In this document: piece by piece, positions 19,635-29,701 of the stretch | Layout of the letters: each line of letters begins with the position of its first letter | Numbering within the stretch: the first letter of the stretch is position 1 | From: Angustibacter luteus | GTDB taxonomy: Bacteria; Actinomycetota; Actinomycetes; Actinomycetales; Angustibacteraceae | Direction of reading: 5' to 3' | NCBI RefSeq assembly: GCF_039541115.1 | Contig: NZ_BAABFP010000002.1 | Location: 744,001 to 808,000 of the forward strand | Length of the DNA: 64,000 nucleotides | Program-made: the position numbers and the translations under genes | Notes under the pieces: model-generated | Databases searched by the model: none | The model's input: only the letters and a program-made list of their open reading frames with translations | Told to the model about the DNA's origin: nothing

Positions 19635-20231
19635 GTGCCGACCCACCCGATCCGACTCGTCGTCCTGGCGGGTCCGTCGGGCAGCGGGAAGTCCCACCTG
19701 GCCGCCCGGCTCGGGCTGCCGGTGCTGCGCCTGGACGACTTCTACCGCGACGGCGACGACCCCGAGTTACCGCGCGCGTTCGGCATCGTCGATTGGGACG
19801 ACCCGGCGTCCTGGGACTGCGAGGCGGCCGTGCGCTGTGCCACCGAGCTGTGCCGGACCGGCCGGGTCGACGTCCCCCGGTACGACATCCCGACGTCCCG
19901 GGCAGTCGGTCACTACCTGGTGGACTGCGCGGGTTCGCCCGTGGTCATCGCCGAGGGGATCTTCGCGGCCGAGGCGATCGGGCCGCTGCGGGACGCCGGG
20001 CTGGTCGCCGACGCGCTGTGCCTGACCCACCGGCCCATGGTGACCTTCGCCCGGCGGCTCGCCCGAGACCTGAAGGAGCGCCGCAAGCCGCCGCTCACGC
20101 TCGTCCGCCGGGGGTGGGGGCTGATGCGCGCCGAGCCCCAGATCGTCGCGCGGCAGGTCTCACTCGGCGCGACGCCGTGCACGCCGAAGCAGGCGGAGCG
20201 CCGCATCCGCACCCTGCTCAGCCCTGCTTGA
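19635..20231 (+). CDS. P-loop kinase, uridine-kinase-like
   Basis: LAGPSGSGKS, LDDFYR, DWDDPASWD, IAEGIFA, RRLARD. Confidence 0.8.
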   Translation: MPTHPIRLVVLAGPSGSGKSHLAARLGLPVLRLDDFYRDGDDPELPRAFGIVDWDDPASWDCEAAVRCATELCRTGRVDVPRYDIPTSRAVGHYLVDCAGSPVVIAEGIFAAEAIGPLRDAGLVADALCLTHRPMVTFARRLARDLKERRKPPLTLVRRGWGLMRAEPQIVARQVSLGATPCTPKQAERRIRTLLSPA

Positions 20232-21384
20232 ACAGCAGCTGCGCGGCGGTCCCGGCGACCGTGCGCAGCGGTACCCCGCCGTCCGCCAGGCCGAACTCGA
20301 TCAGGTCGTCGAACACGACCCGGTCCTTGGCCGAGGCCCGCGCTCCGGCGTCCAGCACGGCGGGCCACCGGTTCAGCCGCTGCAGCAGGCGGGCGTCGCG
20401 CAGGTGCCGCCCGAGCCGGCGGTGCAGCGCGTCGCGGTAGGCGCGCCCCGGGTCGGCGGCTGTGGCCGCCGCCCGGCCAGCCAGCGCACCCGAGACGACC
20501 GCCTGCATGATGCCCTCGCCGGACAGCGGGTTCACCAGACCGAGCGCGTCGCCGACCAGCAGCACCCGACCGTCCGGCAGCGGTGCGCGGCCCGGCGACA
20601 GCGGCAGGTGCGCGGCGCGGAGGTCCTGCACCGCCCCGAGCCCGGGCAGCAGCCGGTGCATCCCCTCGAGCAGCTGCTCGCGGGACACCGCCTCCCCCCG
20701 CAGCAGCTGCCCGTACCCCACGTTCGCGCGTCCGTCACCGATCGGGAACGACCACGCGTACGCCGGCCAGTGCGCCCGGGTCATCACGATCACCTGGGTG
20801 GCCTCGGACGCCGGGTCCGGCGGGTCCGCCAGTGGATCGGCAGTCGCGTAGCCGCGGATCGCGATCGCGGTCTGGCCCGCGGCCGGGTGCGGCGCTCCGA
20901 TCGCACGCCGCACCGCCGACCCGACGCCGTCCGCGCCGATCAGCACCCGCGCGCGCAGACCCCCCTCCCGGGCGCCGTCGTCCAGGGTGACGCCGTCGCG
21001 GTCGACGTCGACCGTGCGAACCCGGTACCGACGCAGCTCGGCGCCGAGCCGGACGGCCTGCGCGACCAGCCGCGCGTCGAACACCTGGCGCGGAATGACG
21101 TGCACCGGTCGACCCATGCGTCCCTCGGTGACCGCCCCACCGGGTGAGGTCAGCCGGATCCGTTGCAGCGCAGGAAAACCCGCGGTCACCTCGGCGACGT
21201 CCACCCCGAGGTCGGCGAGCTGGGCCAGCACCTGGTCGGCGATCCCGTCACCGCACGCCTTGTCCCGCGGGAAGTGGGCGCGGTCCAGCAGCAGGACGCT
21301 CGCGCCCGCACGACGGGCCGCCACCGCAGCCGCGACCCCGGCCGGTCCGGCCCCGACGACGGCGACGTCCCACAGTTCGCTCAT
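20218..21384 (-). CDS. Geranylgeranyl-reductase-family FAD-dependent oxidoreductase
   Basis: VVGAGPAG, FPRDKACGDG, IGADG, YAWSFP, GDALGLVNPLSGEGI. Confidence 0.88.
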   Translation of the reverse strand: MSELWDVAVVGAGPAGVAAAVAARRAGASVLLLDRAHFPRDKACGDGIADQVLAQLADLGVDVAEVTAGFPALQRIRLTSPGGAVTEGRMGRPVHVIPRQVFDARLVAQAVRLGAELRRYRVRTVDVDRDGVTLDDGAREGGLRARVLIGADGVGSAVRRAIGAPHPAAGQTAIAIRGYATADPLADPPDPASEATQVIVMTRAHWPAYAWSFPIGDGRANVGYGQLLRGEAVSREQLLEGMHRLLPGLGAVQDLRAAHLPLSPGRAPLPDGRVLLVGDALGLVNPLSGEGIMQAVVSGALAGRAAATAADPGRAYRDALHRRLGRHLRDARLLQRLNRWPAVLDAGARASAKDRVVFDDLIEFGLADGGVPLRTVAGTAAQLLFKQG

Positions 21385-21389
21385 CGAGC

Positions 21390-22532
21390 TCACACCAGCT
21401 CGGCGTACCCCGGCTTGATCACCGAGTTGATCAGCGCGAGCCGCTGGTCGAACGGCAGGAACGCGCTCTTCATCGCGTTCACCGTCACCCAGCGCAGGTC
21501 GTCCGCACCCCAGCCGACCTCGTCGACCAGTAGCTGCATCTCGCGCGACATCGACGTCCCGCTCATCAGCCGGTTGTCGGTGTTCAAGGTCACCCGGAAG
21601 CGCAGCCGGGCCAGCAACGCGATGGGGTGCGCGGCGATGGACGGCGCGGCGCCGGTCTGCACGTTGGACGACGGGGCCATCTCGAGCGGGATCCGCATGT
21701 CGCGCACGTACGCTGCGAGCCGGCCGAGCGTGACGTCCTCGACCCGGGCCGCAGCATCCGCCTGCGGGTCCGCGCCGTAGGGCCGGGACCCGACCCGCAG
21801 GTCGTCGACGATCCGGACGCCGTGACCGAGGCGGTCGGCGCCGCACCACTGAATGGCCTCCCAGATGCTCGGCAGCCCGAACGCCTCACCGGCGTGGATG
21901 GTGAAGTGCGCGTTCTCGCGGCGCAGGTACTCGAAGGCGTCCAGGTGCCGGGTGGGCGGGAAGCCCGCCTCGGCGCCCGCGATGTCGAAGCCGCACACCC
22001 CCAGGTCGCGGTACTGGACCGCGAGCCGGGCGATCTCACGGCTGTTCGCGGCGTGCCGCATGGCCGTGACCAGCGTGCCCACCTTGATCCGGTGGCCGGC
22101 CGCGGCCGCGGCGTGCTCGCCGTCCCGGAACCCCTCCAGCACTGCCTCGACCACCTCGGTCAGGCTCAGCCCGCCGACCAGGTGCTGCTCCGGCGCGAAG
22201 CGCACCTCGGCGTACACGACACCGTCGGCGGCCAGGTCCTGCGCGCACTCGCTGGCGACCCGCACCAGGGACTCGCGGGTCTGCATCACAGCGACCGTGT
22301 GGGCGAACGTCTCCAGGTAGCGCACCAGCGAGCCCGAGTCCGCGGCGTCCCGGAACCAGGCGCCCAGCTCACCCGCGTCGGTGGCCGGCAGCGCGTCGTA
22401 CCCGGTCTCGCGGGCGATCTCGATGATCGTGGCCGGCCGCAGGCCGCCGTCCAGGTGGTCGTGCAGCAGCACCTTCGGCGCGCGCTGGACCAGGTCGGAG
22501 ATCGCGGTGGGGGCATCGTCAGTGATGGGCAC
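21390..22532 (-). CDS. add: Adenosine deaminase
   Basis: [31 protein letters not shown]. Confidence 0.93.
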   Translation of the reverse strand: MPITDDAPTAISDLVQRAPKVLLHDHLDGGLRPATIIEIARETGYDALPATDAGELGAWFRDAADSGSLVRYLETFAHTVAVMQTRESLVRVASECAQDLAADGVVYAEVRFAPEQHLVGGLSLTEVVEAVLEGFRDGEHAAAAAGHRIKVGTLVTAMRHAANSREIARLAVQYRDLGVCGFDIAGAEAGFPPTRHLDAFEYLRRENAHFTIHAGEAFGLPSIWEAIQWCGADRLGHGVRIVDDLRVGSRPYGADPQADAAARVEDVTLGRLAAYVRDMRIPLEMAPSSNVQTGAAPSIAAHPIALLARLRFRVTLNTDNRLMSGTSMSREMQLLVDEVGWGADDLRWVTVNAMKSAFLPFDQRLALINSVIKPGYAELV

Positions 22533-22851
22533 CCGCCGAGACTAGTGCCGCCAGCGCGCCGCCGAGGGCGAGCAGCAGGGTCGCGGTCACGACCGACCAC
22601 AGCCGCAGCCACGGGGACGTCGACCCCGGCCCGTGCAGGTGACGCACGGATGCCGGGACGACCACCGCCGCGACGGCCGCGGCCAGCGCCGTGCAGCACA
22701 GCAGCAGGAGGACCACCAGGTGCAGGCGCTGGTGCGCGGCGGCCGCCAGCAGGGCCAGCGCGATCACCATCGTGGCCAGCGCCGTCCGCTGCCAGGCCAG
22801 GCCGGTGCGCTCGGGCTGCAGCCCGGGGTCCCGCACCGACGTCGTCCTCAC
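22519..22851 (-). CDS. DUF202 membrane protein
   Basis: [18 protein letters not shown] plus hydrophobic segments. Confidence 0.8.
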   Translation of the reverse strand: MRTTSVRDPGLQPERTGLAWQRTALATMVIALALLAAAAHQRLHLVVLLLLCCTALAAAVAAVVVPASVRHLHGPGSTSPWLRLWSVVTATLLLALGGALAALVSAGAHH

Positions 22852-23222
22852 AACGCTGCACCGATGGCGTACCCGGCGAGCAGCAGCGCCAGGGCGACGA
22901 CCACCACGGCCAGGACGCCGAGCGTGCGAGGAGCGGGCAGGTGCTCACCACGCCGCAGGGAGCGCTCGACCCGGGCCCAGGACACCGCGGCCCGCACCGC
23001 CACCGCACCTCCGGTCAGGCAGGCCAGGGCGGCCAGGACGTCGAGCATCCGCGGCAGGTCCGCCAGCGTGGCCAGCGAGGTCAGCGCCACCCCGCCGGCG
23101 ACCAGGGCCAGCGCCGTGCGCACCCACGCCAGCGCCGTCCGTTCGTTGGCGAGCGAGAAGCGCGGGTCCGGGTCCGTGCCCTCCCCGTAGACCCACCGCG
23201 GACGGCGCTCGTCGGCCGACAT
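22848..23222 (-). CDS. YidH-like DUF202 membrane protein
   Basis: DPDPRFSLANERTALAWVRT. Confidence 0.85.
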   Translation of the reverse strand: MSADERRPRWVYGEGTDPDPRFSLANERTALAWVRTALALVAGGVALTSLATLADLPRMLDVLAALACLTGGAVAVRAAVSWARVERSLRRGEHLPAPRTLGVLAVVVVALALLLAGYAIGAAL

Positions 23223-23231
23223 CCGCGGCCG

Positions 23232-23591
23232 TCAGTCCTCGTCGTCGCGGTGCGCCAGCTCGGGCGCGAACGCCGGCAGGCAGACGGCCACGTACTCAGC
23301 ACCCTCGTCGCCGACGAGGTAGCGCACCCGCTCACCGGCGCGGGTGACCAGCGCCTGCCCGGCCCGGACGTCGGTCACGCCGCCCTCGTGCTCGACCTGG
23401 ACGGCGCCCCGCAGCACGAGGGTGACCTCGTCGAAGTCCGGTGCCTGGGCGGGCTCGGACCAGCCCGGCGGCGCCGTCATGTGCGCGACCGAGACCGCGG
23501 ACTCGCCGCTGGTCACGCGGCCGACGTACTCGTCGATCACCTTGCCGCCGGGGACGGGGATGCGGGTCGGGGCCTCGATCAGCTCTGGCAT
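23232..23591 (-). CDS. Cupin domain protein
   Basis: MPELIEAPTRI..GWSEPAQAPDFDEVTLVLRG..VCLPAF. Confidence 0.8.
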   Translation of the reverse strand: MPELIEAPTRIPVPGGKVIDEYVGRVTSGESAVSVAHMTAPPGWSEPAQAPDFDEVTLVLRGAVQVEHEGGVTDVRAGQALVTRAGERVRYLVGDEGAEYVAVCLPAFAPELAHRDDED

Positions 23592-23632
23592 GTCGACGAG
23601 CCTAGACCCGTTGACCCTGGACCCGCCGCGCC

Positions 23633-24928
23633 TCACTCGGCGGCGATGCGCTCCACGACGAGCGGCAGCAGGTCGGGTCGCGAACCGTCCGGCGCGATGA
23701 ACCAGCTGTCCTGCAACGCTTCCAGCGCCCGCTCGAACCGCTCGGGGGTATCGGTGTGCAGCGTCATCAGCGGCTCGCCGCCGCGCACCGGCGCCCCGGG
23801 CTTGACGTGCAGCTCGACGCCGGCGCCGGCCTGCACGACGTCCTCCTTGCGGGCCCGTCCTGCCCCCAGCCGCCACGCGGCGACGCCGACCTTCAGCGCG
23901 TCCAGCTGGGTCAGCACGCCCTCGGCCGGCGCGGTCACCACATGGGTCTCGCGAGCGCGCGGCAGCTCGGCGTCCGGGTCGCCGCCCTGCGCCGCGATCA
24001 TCCGGCGCCACACGTCCATCGCCGAGCCGTCGCGGAGCTTCTCGGCCGGGTCCACGTCGTCGCGGCCCGCCGCGGCCAGCATCTCGCGGGCCAGGGCGAG
24101 CGTGAGCTCGACGACGTCGTCCGGGCCGCCACCGGCCAGCACCTCGACGGACTCGCGCACCTCCAGGGCGTTCCCGGCGGTCAGCCCGAGCGGGGTCTGC
24201 ATGTTCGTCAGCAGGGCCACGGTGGTGACGCCGGCGTCGGTGCCCAGGTCGACCATGGTGCGAGCGAGCTCGCGGGCGTCGTCCACGGTCTTCATGAACG
24301 CGCCCGAGCCGACCTTGACGTCCAGCACCAGTGCGCCCGTGCCCTCGGCGATCTTCTTGCTCATGATGGAGCTCGCGATCAGCGGGATGGCCTCGACCGT
24401 GCCGGTGACGTCGCGCAGGGCGTAGAGCTTCTTGTCGGCCGGGGCCAGGCCGTCGCCGGCCGCGCAGATGACCGCGCCGACGTCCTCGAGCTGGGCCAGC
24501 ATCTCGGCGTTGCTCATCCTCGCTCGCCAGCCGGGGATCGCCTCGAGCTTGTCGAGGGTGCCGCCGGTGTGCCCGAGCCCGCGCCCGGACAGCTGCGGCA
24601 CCGCCACGCCGCAGGCGGCCACCAGCGGGGCCAGCGGCAGGGTGATCTTGTCGCCGACGCCGCCGGTGGAGTGCTTGTCGGCGGTCGGCCGGGACAGCGC
24701 GGAGAAGTCCATCCGCTCGCCGCTGGCGATCATGGCGGCGGTCCAGCGGCTGATCTCGCGCCGGTCCATGCCGTTCAGCAGGATCGCCATGGCCAGCGCG
24801 GACATCTGCTCGTCCGCGACCGCGCCCCGGGTGTAGGCGTCGACCACCCAGTCGATCTGCGCGTCGTCCAGGCCGTGGCCGTCGCGCTTGGCCCGGATCA
24901 CGTCGACGGCATCGAAGGGTTCGCTCAT
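23633..24928 (-). CDS. deoA: Thymidine/pyrimidine-nucleoside phosphorylase
   Basis: DKHSTGGVGDK, SGRGLGHTGGTLDKLE, SSIMSKK, LDVKVGSGAF. Confidence 0.93.
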   Translation of the reverse strand: MSEPFDAVDVIRAKRDGHGLDDAQIDWVVDAYTRGAVADEQMSALAMAILLNGMDRREISRWTAAMIASGERMDFSALSRPTADKHSTGGVGDKITLPLAPLVAACGVAVPQLSGRGLGHTGGTLDKLEAIPGWRARMSNAEMLAQLEDVGAVICAAGDGLAPADKKLYALRDVTGTVEAIPLIASSIMSKKIAEGTGALVLDVKVGSGAFMKTVDDARELARTMVDLGTDAGVTTVALLTNMQTPLGLTAGNALEVRESVEVLAGGGPDDVVELTLALAREMLAAAGRDDVDPAEKLRDGSAMDVWRRMIAAQGGDPDAELPRARETHVVTAPAEGVLTQLDALKVGVAAWRLGAGRARKEDVVQAGAGVELHVKPGAPVRGGEPLMTLHTDTPERFERALEALQDSWFIAPDGSRPDLLPLVVERIAAE

Positions 24929-25008
24929 GGGTCGATCCTCTCTGTTGCCGCGCGCGGCGTCACCAGCGGTTCGCCCCCGGCGTACAGCGCGCGTGCCAGC
25001 GGGGCTCC

Positions 25009-25102
25009 GGTTGTTGATCACGTGAAGTGGGCGAACATCCGCTTCTCGAGGCGAACAACCCTGGAGAAGCGGGCCCAGACCCACTGAACGTGATCAACAA
25101 CC
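25009..25102. repeat. 94-bp palindromic (REP/MITE-like) element
   Basis: GGTTGTTGATCACGTGAAGTGGG pairs with CCCACTGAACGTGATCAACAACC (21/23); inner CCGCTTCTC/GAGAAGCGG. Confidence 0.7.
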
Positions 25103-25112
25103 TGGGGGCAAC

Positions 25113-25191
25113 GGGTCGGCGGGCGGGGTCGGCGGGCGGGGTCGGCGGGCGGGGTCGGCGGGCGGGGTCGGCGGGCCGGGGTCAGCGGGCG
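25113..25191. repeat. 13-bp tandem repeat GGGTCGGCGGGCG, five copies plus one degenerate copy over the cdd stop
   Basis: Direct reading. Confidence 0.85.
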
Positions 25192-25589
25192 AGGTCGGGC
25201 GCGCCGAACGCATCGGGCAGGACGTCACTCATCGGCTTGATGCCGGACGACGTGTCCACCAGGCAGTCCGGGCCGCCGTTCTCCCAGAGCAGCTGGCGGC
25301 ACCGACCACACGCCATCAGTGGGTCGCCGTTGCGGTCGACGCAGGCGACGGCGACCAGCCGGCCACCGCCGGTGACGTGCAGCTGGCTGACCATGCCGCA
25401 CTCGGCGCACAGCGCGACGCCGTAGGCCGCGTTCTCGACGTTGCAGCCGACCACCACGCGACCGTCGTCCACCAGGCCGGCCACGCCCACCGGGAAGCCG
25501 GAGTACGGCGCGTAGGCGTGCGTCATGGCGTCCCGGGCGGCGGTACGCAGCGCGTCCCAGTCCACGTCCGGCCCGACCACGTCGGCCAC
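25182..25589 (-). CDS. cdd: Cytidine deaminase
   Basis: AYAPYS, GCNVENAAYG, LCAE, ACGRCRQ. Confidence 0.92.
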   Translation of the reverse strand: MADVVGPDVDWDALRTAARDAMTHAYAPYSGFPVGVAGLVDDGRVVVGCNVENAAYGVALCAECGMVSQLHVTGGGRLVAVACVDRNGDPLMACGRCRQLLWENGGPDCLVDTSSGIKPMSDVLPDAFGAPDLAR

Positions 25590-25590
25590 C

Positions 25591-26871
25591 TCAGCCGCCC
25601 TCTCCGCGCCGGTACGGCAACCCGTCCGCCGCGGGCATCCGCAACCGCTGCGCCGACAGGCTCAGCACCAGCAGCGTCGCGACGTACGGCGTCATGCCGG
25701 TGAAGTCGTCCGGCACGGCGGTCGTGGTGGCGTACCAGACGAAGAGCCCGACCGCGCAGGCCGCCGCGACCAGGGTGCTGGCGACGTTCGCCCGGCGCAG
25801 GACCCGCCAGACCACGATGCCGAGCAGGATCAGCGCGAGCAGCAGCAGCAGCGCGTGCACGCTCTCGCCGCCGCGCCGCAGCTGCAGCGCGTCCGTGTAG
25901 CCGAACAGCGTCGAGCCGGCCAGCAGCCCGCCGGGCCGCCAGTTGCCGAAGATCATGGCGGCCAGACCGATGTAGCCTCGCCCACCGGTCTGCCCGTCCC
26001 GGTAGATGCTGGCGGCCACCTCGGCGAGGTAGACGCCGCCGAAGCCGGCGAACGCGCCCGAGGCGATCACCGCGGCGTACTTGTAGCGGTAGACGTTCAC
26101 GCCGAGGGACTCGGCGGCCACCGGGCTCTCACCGCAGCTGCGCAGCCGCAGGCCGAACGCCGTGCGCCACAGGATGAAGAACGTCCCGATGACCAGGGCG
26201 AGCGCCAGGATCGTAAACAGCGAGACGTTGGTGGTCAGGCCGCGCACGACCCCCGCCAGGTCGGACACGAACAACCAGTGCTTGGCCTCGACGTCCTTCA
26301 GCCAGTCCGAGACGCCGGGCACGGTGAACGACGGCGGGCTGTCGATGTACGGCGACTGGGTCTTGCCGCCGCCGGGCTTGCCGACGAAGGCCAGACCCGA
26401 CAGGTACTTGACCAGGCCGGCCGCCAGCAGGTTCAGCGCGACGCCGGACACGATGTGGTCGACCGTGAAGGTCACCGTCGCCACCGCGTGCAGCAGGCCG
26501 CCGAGCGCGCCGAACAGCACGCCGCACACCAGCCCGGCCCACGGGCCCCACTGGTAGCCGCCGAAGCCGGCGCCCCACGTGCCGAAGATCATCATGCCCT
26601 CGAGGCCGATGTTCACCACGCCCGCGCGCTCGGCCCACAGGCCACCGAGGCCGGCCATCGCGATCGGCACGGCGAGCACCAGGGTGGCCGACACGGTTCC
26701 GCTGGAGTCGATGTCGTTGGCGCCCGTGATGACCCGCACCAGCGACATCAGCACCATGCCGCCGGCGAGCGCCAGCAGCAGGGTCACCGGGGTGACCCGG
26801 CTGCGCTTGCGGCCGGACTCGGTGTGCGCGGGGACCGGTGCGCCTGCGGCCTCGGCGATGTCGATGCTCAT
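25591..26871 (-). CDS. Nucleoside ABC transporter permease
   Basis: ERAGVVNIGLEG, GLRLRSCGE, GRGYIGLAA. Confidence 0.9.
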   Translation of the reverse strand: MSIDIAEAAGAPVPAHTESGRKRSRVTPVTLLLALAGGMVLMSLVRVITGANDIDSSGTVSATLVLAVPIAMAGLGGLWAERAGVVNIGLEGMMIFGTWGAGFGGYQWGPWAGLVCGVLFGALGGLLHAVATVTFTVDHIVSGVALNLLAAGLVKYLSGLAFVGKPGGGKTQSPYIDSPPSFTVPGVSDWLKDVEAKHWLFVSDLAGVVRGLTTNVSLFTILALALVIGTFFILWRTAFGLRLRSCGESPVAAESLGVNVYRYKYAAVIASGAFAGFGGVYLAEVAASIYRDGQTGGRGYIGLAAMIFGNWRPGGLLAGSTLFGYTDALQLRRGGESVHALLLLLALILLGIVVWRVLRRANVASTLVAAACAVGLFVWYATTTAVPDDFTGMTPYVATLLVLSLSAQRLRMPAADGLPYRRGEGG

Positions 26872-27995
26872 GCCGTCACCTCCTGCGCCGCGGTGCCGGG
26901 ACCGGCCGTGAGCTGTTCAGCCACCCGCCGTTGCTCGCGGGCCACGCCGTAGCGGCGGACCAGCTCGTAGGCCACGACGACGGCGAACGTGATGATGCCC
27001 TGCATCACCACGACGATCTCCGGCGCGACGCCGGCGATGATCTGCAGCGGGTTGCTGGAGGTGTTCAGGTAGGCGAAGAACAGCGCCGCGATCGCCACCC
27101 CGATCGGCGAGTTGCGGCCGACCAGGGCGATGGCGATGCCGGTGAAGCCGATGCCGGCCGGGAACGACAGGTCGTACTGGTAGGTCTTGCCGAGCAGCTC
27201 GGGCAGCCCCACCAACCCGGCGATCGCCCCGCTGAGGGCCATCGAGATGAGCACCATCCGCTTGACGTTGACGCCGCTGGCGACGGCGGCCGTCGCCGAC
27301 CGGCCGGTCGCGCGCAGGTCGAAGCCGAACCGGGTGCGGCCCAGCAGGTACCAGTAGCCGAAGCCGACCAGGATCGCGACGAACACGAAGCCGTAGGTCT
27401 GCACCGGGACGTCGGGCACCAGGGTGATGCCGGGCATCCGACCGGACAACGGGATCTCCTTGGTGGAGATGTTGTTGCTGGCCGGTTCGCCCGAGGCGAC
27501 CTTGCGCAGCAGGTAGGCCAGCAGGTAGCCGGCGATGGCGTTCAGCATGATCGTCGAGATGACCTCACTGACCCCGCGGCCGACCTTGAGCAGACCGGCG
27601 ATCGACGCCCACGCGGCACCGACCACCATCGCGACGACGATGATCACCAGCAGGTGCAGCGGGCGCGGCAGGTCCAGCCAGGAGCCGACGACCGCGGCGG
27701 CGAACACGGCCATCCGGTACTGGCCGTCGACCCCGATGTTGAACAGGTTCATCCGGAAGCCGATGGCCACCGCGATCGCGGACAGGTAGTACGTCGTGCC
27801 CAGGTTGACCGTCTGGAGCAGCGTGCGGGTCATGGCGTGCGGCTGGCCGCTGCCGAAGATCAGGGTCTTCCAGGTCAGCCAGACCGGGTCGCCCGCGACC
27901 AGCAGGATCACGCTGGTGACCAGCACCGAGAACGCGACGGCCAGCAGCGGCGCGGCCAGGGCCAGGCCGATGCGGTTCAGGTCGAGCCTCTTCAT
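26868..27995 (-). CDS. Nucleoside ABC transporter permease
   Basis: LFNIGVDGQ, EVISTIMLN, GFTGIAIAL. Confidence 0.9.
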   Translation of the reverse strand: MKRLDLNRIGLALAAPLLAVAFSVLVTSVILLVAGDPVWLTWKTLIFGSGQPHAMTRTLLQTVNLGTTYYLSAIAVAIGFRMNLFNIGVDGQYRMAVFAAAVVGSWLDLPRPLHLLVIIVVAMVVGAAWASIAGLLKVGRGVSEVISTIMLNAIAGYLLAYLLRKVASGEPASNNISTKEIPLSGRMPGITLVPDVPVQTYGFVFVAILVGFGYWYLLGRTRFGFDLRATGRSATAAVASGVNVKRMVLISMALSGAIAGLVGLPELLGKTYQYDLSFPAGIGFTGIAIALVGRNSPIGVAIAALFFAYLNTSSNPLQIIAGVAPEIVVVMQGIITFAVVVAYELVRRYGVAREQRRVAEQLTAGPGTAAQEVTA

Positions 27996-29566
27996 GCCTG
28001 GTCCTCCTGGCCGTCCTGGCGGTCGCTCGCGTCGGCGCCGGTCATGGCGGAGCCGAGCTGCTCGGGGGTCACGTTCGCGGGGTCGAACTGGCCGACGAAC
28101 CGGCCGCGCAGGATCACCTCGATCGTGTCGGACAGACCGATCAGCTCGTCCAGGTCCGCCGAGATCAGCAGGACGGCCAGCCCGGCCGAGCGGGCCGCCC
28201 GGATGTGCTCCCAGATCGCGGCCTGCGCGCCGACGTCGACGCCGCGGGTGGGGTGCGCGGCGAGCAGCACCACGGGCTCACCGGACAGCTCGCGACCGAC
28301 GATGAGCTTCTGCTGGTTGCCACCGGACAGCGCGTGCGCCGTCACGTCGATGCCCGGCGTCCGGACGTCGAACTCGCGCACGATGCGCTCGGTGTCCGCG
28401 CGGGCCCCCGAGCGGTTGATCAGCGGCCCGCGGGACGACGGGGGCTGGGTCTGGTGACCGAGGATGCGGTTCTCCCACAGCGGGGCCTCCAGCATCAGTC
28501 CCTGCCGGTGCCGGTCCTCCGGGATGAAACCGATGCCGGACTCGCGGCGCCGCCGGGTGGACCAGTCGGTGATGTCCACCTCGCCGAGCGTGATCGCGCC
28601 GGTCTCGGGCAGCCGTAGGCCCATCAGCGCGTCCACCAGCTCACCCTGGCCGTTGCCCTCGACGCCGGCGATGCCCAGCACCTCGCCGCGGTGGATGGTG
28701 AAGTCGATGCCCTCCAGGACGGCGCGCTCGCCGACCCGCAGGGTGAGGTCGCGCACCGACAGCATCGGGACGTCGGTGACGGTCGACTCGCGGGTCTGCG
28801 GGCTGGGCAGCTCGCTGCCCACCATGAGCTCGGCCAGCTGCCGGGACGTCGTCTGCTGCGGGTCCACGGTCGCCACGGTCTCGCCGCGGCGCACCACGGT
28901 GATGTCGTCCGCGACCGACAGCACCTCGTCGAGCTTGTGCGAGATGAAGATGACGGTCAGGCCCTCGGACTTCAGCTCGCGCAGGTTGGCGAACAGCTCG
29001 TCGACCTCCTGCGGCACCAGCACCGCGGTGGGCTCGTCCAGGATCAGCGTGTTCGCCCCGCGGTAGAGCACCTTGAGGATCTCGACGCGCTGCCGGTCGC
29101 CCACGCCGAGCTCCTCGACGAGGACGTCGGGGTCGACGTCCAGGCCGTACGACCCGCTGATCTCCCGGATCTTCGCGCGGGCCCGGTCCCCGATGCCGAA
29201 GAGGCTCTCCGCGCCGAGGGCCACGTTCTCCAGCACCGTGAGGTTGTCGGCCAGCATGAAGTGCTGGTAGACCATGCCGATCCCGTGCGAGATGGCGTCG
29301 CTGGGCGAGCTGAAGACGACCGACTGACCGGCGACCTCGATGGTGCCCTCGTCGGGGCGCTGCACGCCGTACAGGATCTTCATCAGCGTCGACTTGCCGG
29401 CGCCGTTCTCGCCGACCACCGCGTGCACGGTGCCCTTGCGGACCTCGATGTTGACGTCGTGGTTGGCGACGACCCCCGGGAATCTCTTGGTGATCCCGGT
29501 CAGCCGGACGGCCAGGTCGCCGGCCGCGGCAGGCGGTGTCTGGGTGGCATCGGTTGCGGTGGACAG
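27992..29566 (-). CDS. Nucleoside ABC transporter ATP-binding protein (two ABC domains), probable CTG start
   Basis: LTGITKRFPGVVAN..GENGAGKST, ILDEPT, LSGGNQQK; GAGGAGG RBS before CTG 29566; in-frame TGA 10 codons upstream. Confidence 0.88.
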   Translation of the reverse strand: MSTATDATQTPPAAAGDLAVRLTGITKRFPGVVANHDVNIEVRKGTVHAVVGENGAGKSTLMKILYGVQRPDEGTIEVAGQSVVFSSPSDAISHGIGMVYQHFMLADNLTVLENVALGAESLFGIGDRARAKIREISGSYGLDVDPDVLVEELGVGDRQRVEILKVLYRGANTLILDEPTAVLVPQEVDELFANLRELKSEGLTVIFISHKLDEVLSVADDITVVRRGETVATVDPQQTTSRQLAELMVGSELPSPQTRESTVTDVPMLSVRDLTLRVGERAVLEGIDFTIHRGEVLGIAGVEGNGQGELVDALMGLRLPETGAITLGEVDITDWSTRRRRESGIGFIPEDRHRQGLMLEAPLWENRILGHQTQPPSSRGPLINRSGARADTERIVREFDVRTPGIDVTAHALSGGNQQKLIVGRELSGEPVVLLAAHPTRGVDVGAQAAIWEHIRAARSAGLAVLLISADLDELIGLSDTIEVILRGRFVGQFDPANVTPEQLGSAMTGADASDRQDGQEDQA

Positions 29567-29614
29567 GACGTCCTCCTCGAGGTCTCGGGCACGTCATTGG
29601 CCCGGGCGGAAACG

Positions 29615-29648
29615 GGTCCGGGGCGACGCTACCGCGCCGCCCCGGACC
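29615..29648 (-). terminator. GC-rich stem-loop between the BMP lipoprotein and ATPase genes
   Basis: GGTCCGGGGCG / CGCCCCGGACC perfect 11-bp stem. Confidence 0.55.
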
Positions 29649-29701
29649 GTGGTCAGGCGTTGAGCACGAGCACGTCCGAGGACGGGCCCGCGACGATCAG
29701 G

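Noticed and set aside
21390..22532. Adenosine deaminase as part of a Kongming- or RADAR-like defence system
   Set aside because: Host-like codon usage and located in the ordinary nucleoside catabolism cluster.
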